The notes below the pieces were generated by a model, which was not told where the DNA came from, ran no database searches, and saw nothing but the letters and a program-made list of their open reading frames with translations. This document shows, piece by piece, positions 1 through 5,711 of a DNA stretch of 5,711 nucleotides. The first letter of the stretch is position 1. Each line of letters begins with the position of its first letter. A program made the translations under genes and the position numbers. This DNA is from Octopus sinensis (lineage: Eukaryota), in assembly GCF_006345805.1 (NCBI RefSeq), contig NW_021829948.1, positions 1-5,711 on the forward strand. Reading direction: 5' to 3'.

Positions 1-177
1 AGAGGAGAGAAACAGAGAGAGAGAAAGAGAGAAGAGAGGAAAACTGGAGAGAGGACAAACAGAAACAGAGAGAGAGAGAAAGAGAGAGAGAGAAAGAGAG
101 AGAGAAAGACAGAAAGAGAAAGAGAGAGACAGACAGACAGACTGACAGAGGGAAACGGGGAAAGCGACAGAGAGAAG
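1..177. repeat. Compound AG-rich microsatellite (AG/AGAA/AGAC), cut by the window start
   Basis: Near-continuous (AG)n with interspersed AGAA and ACAG units, e.g. AGAGAGACAGACAGACAGAC at 121-140. Confidence 0.95.
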
Positions 178-695
178 TATGTGTATGTGCCTAAGTACTT
201 ATGTATAAACATACAATAGAATGCAAGCAGTGTTGATATGTTCGATTCGCAATCGTGATGTTTCGAGAACAACCCAACTGGACGGCACCTTGAAACAACA
301 GCCTCTACACATAGGATTAAAATGTTTAAAAATCACTTCGGCTAAAAATCTCGATTCGAACCCAAAGCATTGCTAGTGAAATGGAGCAGACAATGGGGCA
401 ACTGAACAGAAGTCCACGACACTGAATTTATCTGAAGTTCAAAAGGCCATTTTTATCACGCACCAAGTCCTACAGATTCTGACCGAGATCTACATTAACG
501 CTACACTGGTCTTTAAAGGCCTCAGCTACGTATATTATCATTCGATGAGCAGACATTTCAATTAATCGAACACCTGGCAAGATTATATTCGAAACGATAC
601 CAGATTAATTTACATTATTAATTACTTTTCTTAAATAATTTCTTTTATATTCTGGAAATTAATAAAGATATGGTTTGTCGATTGAATCGATCTTT

Positions 696-904
696 AATAT
701 TTCAAAGATGGAAGGAACTGCACTGGTAGAATCGTTAGCATTCTTTACGATATTTCCTCTGTTCTTAGGCTCTGAATTCAAATTCCACCGGGTTCGACTT
801 CGCTTTTCATCATTTCAGGGTCGATAAAATAAATACTAGTTGAGCCCTGGGATTAATGTAACCCCTGTCTCGATATTCCTGGCCCTGTGCAAAAATTTGA
901 AAGC
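696..904 (+). mobile_element. SINE unit 1 (diverged head, 14 bp shorter than the period)
   Basis: Head reads GGAACTGCACTGGTAGAATCGTTAGCA followed by a deletion; the 3' half is near-identical to unit 2. Confidence 0.85.
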
Positions 905-1127
905 AATATTTCAAAGATATAAGGCGGCGAGCTGGCAAGAATCGTTAGGACGGCGGGCAAAAATGCTACGCGATATTTGTTCCGTCTTTACGTTGTGAGT
1001 TCAAATTCCAACGGGTTCAACTTCGCCTTTCATCATTTCGGAGTCGATAAGATAAATATTAGTTGAGCCCTGGGATTAATGTAACCCCTGTCTCGATATT
1101 CCTGGCCCTGTGCAAAAATTTGAAAGC
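905..1127 (+). mobile_element. SINE unit 2 (full length)
   Basis: Head from 923, B-box-like GAGTTCAAATTCC at 997-1009, complete tail. Confidence 0.9.
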
Positions 1128-1350
1128 AATATTTCAAAGATATAAGGCGGCGAGCTGGCAAGAATCGTTAGGACGGCGGGCAAAAATGCTACGCGATATT
1201 TGTTCCGTCTTTACGTTGTGAGTTCAAATTCCACCGGGTTCGACTTCGCCTTTCATCATTTCGGGGTCGATAAAATAAATACTAGTTGAGCCCTAGTATT
1301 AATGTAACCCCTTCCTCGATATTTCTGGCCCTGTGCAAAAATTTGAAAGC
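1128..1350 (+). mobile_element. SINE unit 3 (full length)
   Basis: 5' part is identical to unit 2 up to 1233; 3' part is near-identical to unit 4. Confidence 0.9.
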
Positions 1351-1573
1351 AATATTTCAAAGATATAAGGCGGCGAGCTGGCAGAATCGTTAGCAGGGAC
1401 GGGCAAAAATGCTACATGGAATTTGTTCCGTCCTTATGCTCTAAATTCAAATTCCACCGGGTTCGACTTCACCTTTCATCATTTCGGGGTCGATAAAATA
1501 AATACTAGTTGAGCCCTAGTATTAATGTAACCCCTTCCTCGATATTGCTGGCCCTGTGCAAAAATTTGAAAGC
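1351..1573 (+). mobile_element. SINE unit 4 (full length)
   Basis: A-box-like TGGCAGAATCGT at 1379-1390, first B-box mutated (AAATTCAAATTCC), complete tail. Confidence 0.9.
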
Positions 1574-1690
1574 AGTATTTCAAAGATATAAGGCGGCGAG
1601 CTGGCAGAATCGTTAGCAAAAATCCTACGCGATATTTTTTTCGTCTTTACGTTGTGAGATCAAATTCCACCGGCATCAACTTTGCCTTTC
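1574..1690 (+). mobile_element. SINE unit 5 (3'-truncated, 10-bp internal deletion)
   Basis: Head GGCGGCGAGCTGGCAGAATCGTTAGCAAAAAT; similarity ends after TTTGCCTTTC at ~1690. Confidence 0.85.
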
Positions 1691-1843
1691 TAAATTGAAG
1701 CTCATCAAGCTCTGAAATCTGAACGTAAAGGCACGAGATCCTTTTTTTCTGTTGCCCATCAAATAATGTTACATTAGTATTGAAGAGATGGAAGTTATAA
1801 AATATGGATTATATTATGGGTACAATTTAACATTTAATCTTTA

Positions 1844-2272
1844 CGATCTTTTCGGCTTGGACGGCAGTTTTTAAAAATAATTTTCACGTAACTAAACACT
1901 TTTAAACTTCGTATACTGGTAGAATGTGTTTATAAAACATCTTTTTCTCTTGGCTTTATTGAGAAAATTCTATAGTTTGTAAGATATTTGTTGTTGTTTT
2001 TCTTCAATTTCTGCAATTTCAACCAATCAATGACGTCTATTGAGGTGAAAAACATTCTGTGCCGTATGAATATGTCCCTCGTTTAAGAAACAGATTGGGT
2101 TTATTTACATTTGTGAAGAAAAAAAGGTACCCTTCCCCCCACTCCTAACCCTAACTAACCCTAACACTAAAACAGATTGAAATGCAATAGATCGATACTA
2201 GGGTCATAATTATGCGTGACAATTTCATATGACACCGCTAGAAAAAAACTGTCGTTCAAACCGAAAAGATCC
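1844..2272. mobile_element. Non-autonomous element with 29-bp terminal inverted repeats (MITE-like or Helentron-associated), 429 bp
   Basis: Left end CGATCTTTTCGGCTTGGACGGCAGTTTTT (1844-1872) matches the reverse complement of 2244-2272 (GGATCTTTTCGGTTTGAACGACAGTTTTT) at 25/29. No internal ORF and no clear target-site duplication. Confidence 0.85.
2144..2170. repeat. Short degenerate telomere-like (CCCTAA)n tract inside the inverted-repeat element
   Basis: CCTAA-CCCTAA-CTAA-CCCTAA-CACTAA, preceded by the C-rich CCCTTCCCCCCA; the minus strand reads TTAGGG-like. Confidence 0.75.
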
Positions 2273-2595
2273 AAACTTTATGTAGGTTAGTAGGTGAGGT
2301 TAGCTTAGTCGTTAGTATAAAGAGAAAACCTTAGTTGAGAGAGACTTTTCAACGCCTGAGTCAGCTTCAGTCTCAGTCAATGCTGAGGGATTAAATTCTT
2401 TACGCTCTGTGCTTATTGCCTACAGCTCTAAGGACGAGTCCGTTAAGATGTAAATGCCACGAAGATGGCTAGACTGTTGTATTGTTTACACAATAAGAAA
2501 ATCAGAGAAGCTTAACATAATCTTACTATACTATAAAATCTACAAATTGCTGTTCCGCAGTTCTGTTGTAATACGACCACCATCACTAAGAACCA

Positions 2596-2968
2596 GCATC
2601 CGTCCCACCTCCACAAGCAAAATAAAGATTTACAAAATCATAAAAAACAAAACAAATAGAAAATATTACTGAATAAAGCAACAAAAAAAAAAACGCTGCA
2701 GAGAAAACCAAAAAACCCAAAAAAAGAAAATGACAAATGAAGTAAATAACAACAACTTCAATAATTGATATAAATTTCTAATGTAGACATAGAAAGAAAA
2801 AAAAGATTGGGTGAAAAATAAATTGAAAAAAAAAGAAAAGAGAAAACAGAAGAAGGAAAGAAAAGAAATTCGAAAAGAAAAGAAAAAACCTATAAAACTA
2901 AGAAAACAAATACTCTAAAACCAAAAATAAACAACTCCAACGACAACAACAACAACAATAACGACAAC
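2596..2968. repeat. A-rich low-complexity tract with AAAAG and CAA/CGA microsatellites
   Basis: Many A runs (A11 at 2683-2693), AAAAG units at ~2830-2890 and (CAA)n with CGA variants at ~2930-2968. Confidence 0.8.
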
Positions 2969-3362
2969 AGCTGTAACGACGGTCGTACATACGATGTTAA
3001 TTGAGAAATTGTTAGAGCTTTGGGTCTTCGCGTATATATCTTTAAACGTTTTGTTAGTTTTTGTGTGATGAAACACAATGTTAAAACAAGTCTTGAGATT
3101 AATGTTAGTATTTGCTAATGCAATCTTCAGGTTGTATTTTTTCTTTTCTTTTCTTTTCTTATTCCTTTTGGTTGTGTCGTGGTCGTCGACGTCGACGTCG
3201 TTGTTGTTCTTGTTGGTGTCGCCTAAATGACTTTCTGTTTTATTGCGGCGTGTGTTAGCTATTTTCTGCCGAACTTATTCTCTTCTGAGAACTGGCCGTC
3301 AAACAAACAATTGATTCTCGGTGATAAAAGTTTGAATAAGTTTTATTGCATGCGAGTAAGCG
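2941..3362. promoter_or_regulatory. CpG-enriched segment, possible unmethylated promoter/5'-UTR or other regulatory DNA
   Basis: 24 CpGs counted in ~420 bp of AT-rich sequence, against 2 in 2600-2930. Includes the palindrome CGACGTCGACGTCG. Function is inferred only. Confidence 0.3.
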
Positions 3363-3379
3363 AATGGCTTGCTTTCACA

Positions 3380-3382
<3 letters not shown>

Positions 3383-3416
<34 letters not shown>

Positions 3417-3458
3417 TATATATATATATATATATATAATATATATATATAATATATA
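3383..3458. repeat. (TA)n microsatellite
   Basis: Near-perfect TA run with one GA and two AA interruptions. Confidence 0.97.
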
Positions 3459-3612
3459 CTACATACACTACATGCATACATACAACAAGAATGTACTTTA
3501 AAAAGCTCACGCATATATTACTATACCATAAATTCACACGCGTGATCTTATATTTATATCCATATAGGCAGTATAATTACATATGTATACAGTGATATAT
3601 ATATTTATATAT

Positions 3613-3762
3613 GTTTCTCTCCTTGTTTTTTCTGTGTCCCTTTCTGTAGAAGAGCGTAGGCTCGAAACATAAGACTTTTTCTATTCCTGAGCGTTATACT
3701 AATACATCTGTTTGTTTTGTACACCACCTGTCTTCTCTTTTGTTTTTTTCGTAAACTCTCTC
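3613..3762 (+). mobile_element. Probable short interspersed repeat (Penelope-like retroelement fragment) carrying a hammerhead-like motif
   Basis: ~150 bp of complex, T-rich sequence between TA and TC/TA/CA microsatellites, containing CTGTAGA-A-GAGC-GTAG-GCTC-GAAAC. Boundaries are approximate and the family assignment is inference. Confidence 0.5.
3641..3674 (+). ncRNA. Degenerate minimal type I hammerhead ribozyme-like motif
   Basis: CUGUAGA (3644-3650; consensus CUGANGA, A6 changed to U), extra A (3651), perfect stem II GAGC/GCUC (3652-3655/3660-3663) with a GUAG loop, then GAAAC (3664-3668) and AUA (expected GUH). Stem I would be only UUU/AGA. Confidence 0.5.
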
Positions 3763-3763
<1 letters not shown>

Positions 3764-3817
<54 letters not shown>

Positions 3818-3880
3818 GCATACATACACACACGCACACACATACACACGCACACACATACACACACACATATATATATA
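3764..3880. repeat. Compound (CA)n/(TA)n microsatellite
   Basis: Perfect CA run ~3767-3808, then mixed CA/TA/CG units to 3880. Confidence 0.97.
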
Positions 3881-4102
3881 GGGATGATATCATTAAATAC
3901 CATCACGACTGGTGTGCGGATTATCAGCCGTACAGGCAAATTAATAAAATATATACATACAATATTATATATGTACAACTTGTTGCAAAACCCTCATTGT
4001 TATAATTAGATATAATTTTACCGAATATGGTCCTTTTCCATACCGAAATACTACATGGTGAAATTTGTTGATTTTATTAAATTAATGATATTTCACCCTT
4101 TA

Positions 4103-4128
4103 TCTCTCTCTCTCTCTATATATATATA
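4103..4128. repeat. (TC)n(TA)n microsatellite flanking the foldback element
   Basis: TCTCTCTCTCTCTCTATATATATATA. Confidence 0.9.
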
Positions 4129-4130
4129 GA

Positions 4131-4620
4131 CAATGGTAGTGCGTGAGTACCTATATCGCTAAAAACAGAAGTAAAAAAATACTTCTCTACCACCCAATAG
4201 TCACAAATCTATTACAGACATGATAGGAAAAAATATCAGTGAACAATGATAATGTCTTACCCCTAATGGGTTAGAACAAGCAAATGTTGGTCAACCTTGT
4301 ACCGGTTTCGAAATTTAGCGCCAAACAGGTGCCCCATTTCTCATCACCCAAAGTATGACAGCTAAATTACTACTAACATTCTCCCCCACCATGCCTGCAA
4401 AAGTTCGTTTGAAGCGACCAAGCTCTATAGGGCACCTATTTGGCTCTAAATTTGGAAACCGGTACCAGGTTGACCAGCATTTACCTGTTCTGACACTGTG
4501 GAGGTAAGACATTATTATTGTTCACTGATATTTTTTCCTATCATGTATGTAATAGATTTGTGACTATTCAGTGATACAGAAGTATTTTTTAGCGATATAG
4601 GTACTCATATAGTACCCTTG
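4131..4620. mobile_element. 490-bp foldback/MITE element with long inverted arms, possibly Tc1/mariner-derived
   Basis: Arms 4131-4334 and 4430-4620 align as inverted repeats at 167/191 (~87%) plus one 13-nt insertion in the left arm; spacer is 95 bp. Termini are CAATGGTAG.../...GTACCCTTG, in TA-repeat context (GA on the left, TA on the right). Confidence 0.92.
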
Positions 4621-4661
4621 TATATATACGTATATATCTAATATTGTATGCATACATTTTA

Positions 4662-4808
<147 letters not shown>

Positions 4809-5128
4809 GAATATCGTCACCATATAATTTATATCAATGTATATATGCTTGCACCTCAACCCATATTTTTACACAAACATATATGTATATCTATCTATCT
4901 TTCTATCAATCTAGCTAGTTATCTGTTTACATCTGTCTATAGATACATTTTATATAGGTATGCATGTATACTGACTCACATACAGAACAACTGGCGCAAT
5001 TTCTTATTGACATCGTTCTCATAAACACGCAAACATTATTTATACTGATATCTTAATCAGATTTTTATTGAACCAAGTGAAAGGTTAGTTAGTTTCGTAT
5101 TCAATTGAGCTTTAATGTCCAATTTCGA

Positions 5129-5162
5129 ATTATTATTATTATTATTATTTTTGTTAATATTA

Positions 5163-5241
<79 letters not shown>

Positions 5242-5280
5242 TATTATTTTTGTTAATATTATTATTATTATTTTTGTTAA

Positions 5281-5317
<37 letters not shown>

Positions 5318-5322
5318 TTTTG

Positions 5323-5376
<54 letters not shown>

Positions 5377-5397
5377 TTATTATTATTATTGCTATTA

Positions 5398-5429
<32 letters not shown>

Positions 5430-5437
5430 GCTATTAT
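5129..5437. repeat. Long interrupted (ATT)n microsatellite
   Basis: ~310 bp of ATT units with recurrent interruptions (TTTTTGTTAAT, AGT, GCT). Confidence 0.97.
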
Positions 5438-5498
5438 ATCTGTTTTGTACTGATCGTAAACACTATTGCTTCATACGTTTGTTTACCTATGTTTCCAG

Positions 5499-5560
5499 AA
5501 ATTTCTCCGAAGAAGTTTCAAAATATTTTTGTTTATGGTATCTAATCCGGTCGTTGGAAG
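5499..5560 (+). other. Weak candidate 62-nt exon
   Basis: Acceptor-like TTTGTTTACCTATGTTTCCAG| at 5498 and donor-like AAG|GTGAAT at 5560/5561. Two frames are open, but neither peptide is recognisable. Confidence 0.15.
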
Positions 5561-5711
5561 GTGAATGTTTACAGACTCTCGGTCTGTTTCCCCATGAAGA
5601 AAAATACGGATGCTTTATTTCCGTAGTCTGTAGTTAGTAAACACGAATTTTATTTAACATGTCTGCAATTTTTATGCTTGAAAAATAAAAGGAGTGGTGG
5701 AAGTTTGCCAT

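Larger units (their letters stand above)
696..1690 (+). mobile_element. Head-to-tail tandem array of ~4.5 copies of a tRNA-derived SINE (223-bp period)
   Basis: The anchor A(A/G)TATTTCAAAGAT recurs at 696, 905, 1128, 1351 and 1574 (spacings 209, 223, 223, 223). Each unit has a GGCGGCGAGCTGGCAGAATCGTTAG-type head with an A-box-like TGGCAGAATCG, a B-box-like GTTCAAATTCC, a central CCTTTCATCATTTCGGGGTCGATAAAATAAATACTAG block and a GGCCCTGTGCAAAAATTTGAAAGC tail. From memory it resembles octopus tRNA-derived SINEs (OK/OR type); subfamily not assigned. Confidence 0.9.

Noticed and set aside
353-363. Minus-strand GGGTTCGAATC, a B-box/T-loop-like motif suggesting a tRNA
   Set aside because: No paired T-stem, no A-box at a suitable distance and no cloverleaf.
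381-425. Small ORF MEQTMGQLNRSPRH
   Set aside because: Only 14 codons, expected by chance, with no supporting context.
696-1690. CRISPR array or tRNA gene cluster
   Set aside because: Units are homologous along their whole length with no unique spacers, and the heads do not fold as complete tRNAs.
1778-1794. TATTGAAGAGATGGAAG resembling 698-714 as a right-hand TSD of the array
   Set aside because: Only 14/17 identity in AT-rich DNA and ~90 bp beyond the array end; likely chance.
2144-2170. True telomere or chromosome-fusion scar
   Set aside because: Only ~4 degenerate units in one orientation, located inside an interspersed element.
2672-2693. AATAAA plus A11 as the tail of a processed retrocopy
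   Set aside because: The signal is only 5 nt from the A-run, the whole region is A-rich and no TSD is visible.
4047-4097. GGTGAAAT...ATTTCACC inverted repeat as a pre-miRNA or terminator
   Set aside because: Only 8 bp pair and the AT-rich interior pairs poorly.
5487-5627. Minus-strand 141-nt exon (TACTAAC-TACAG acceptor, TAG|GTAAAC donor)
   Set aside because: The branch motif is too close to the AG, there is no pyrimidine tract, the only long frame ends in TAG at the donor and the peptide is unrecognised.

Overview
AT-rich, repeat-dense eukaryotic non-coding DNA (intron or intergenic, possibly near a promoter or UTR). I see no recognisable protein-coding gene: all 12 supplied ORFs are translations of microsatellite, low-complexity or repeat sequence. 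The SINE and the very high microsatellite load resemble Octopus/coleoid cephalopod DNA; this is from memory, not a database search. Main structures: (1) a head-to-tail array of ~4.5 tRNA-derived SINE copies with a 223-bp period (696-1690); (2) a 429-bp element with 29-bp terminal inverted repeats and internal telomere-like CCCTAA repeats (1844-2272); (3) a CpG-rich zone with a strand-composition flip (~2600-3362); (4) a ~150-bp segment with a degenerate minimal hammerhead-ribozyme core of the Penelope-like type (3644-3671); (5) a 490-bp foldback element with ~190-200-bp arms in a TA tract (4131-4620); (6) long AG, TA, CA, TATC and ATT microsatellites. All counts and alignments were done by hand.
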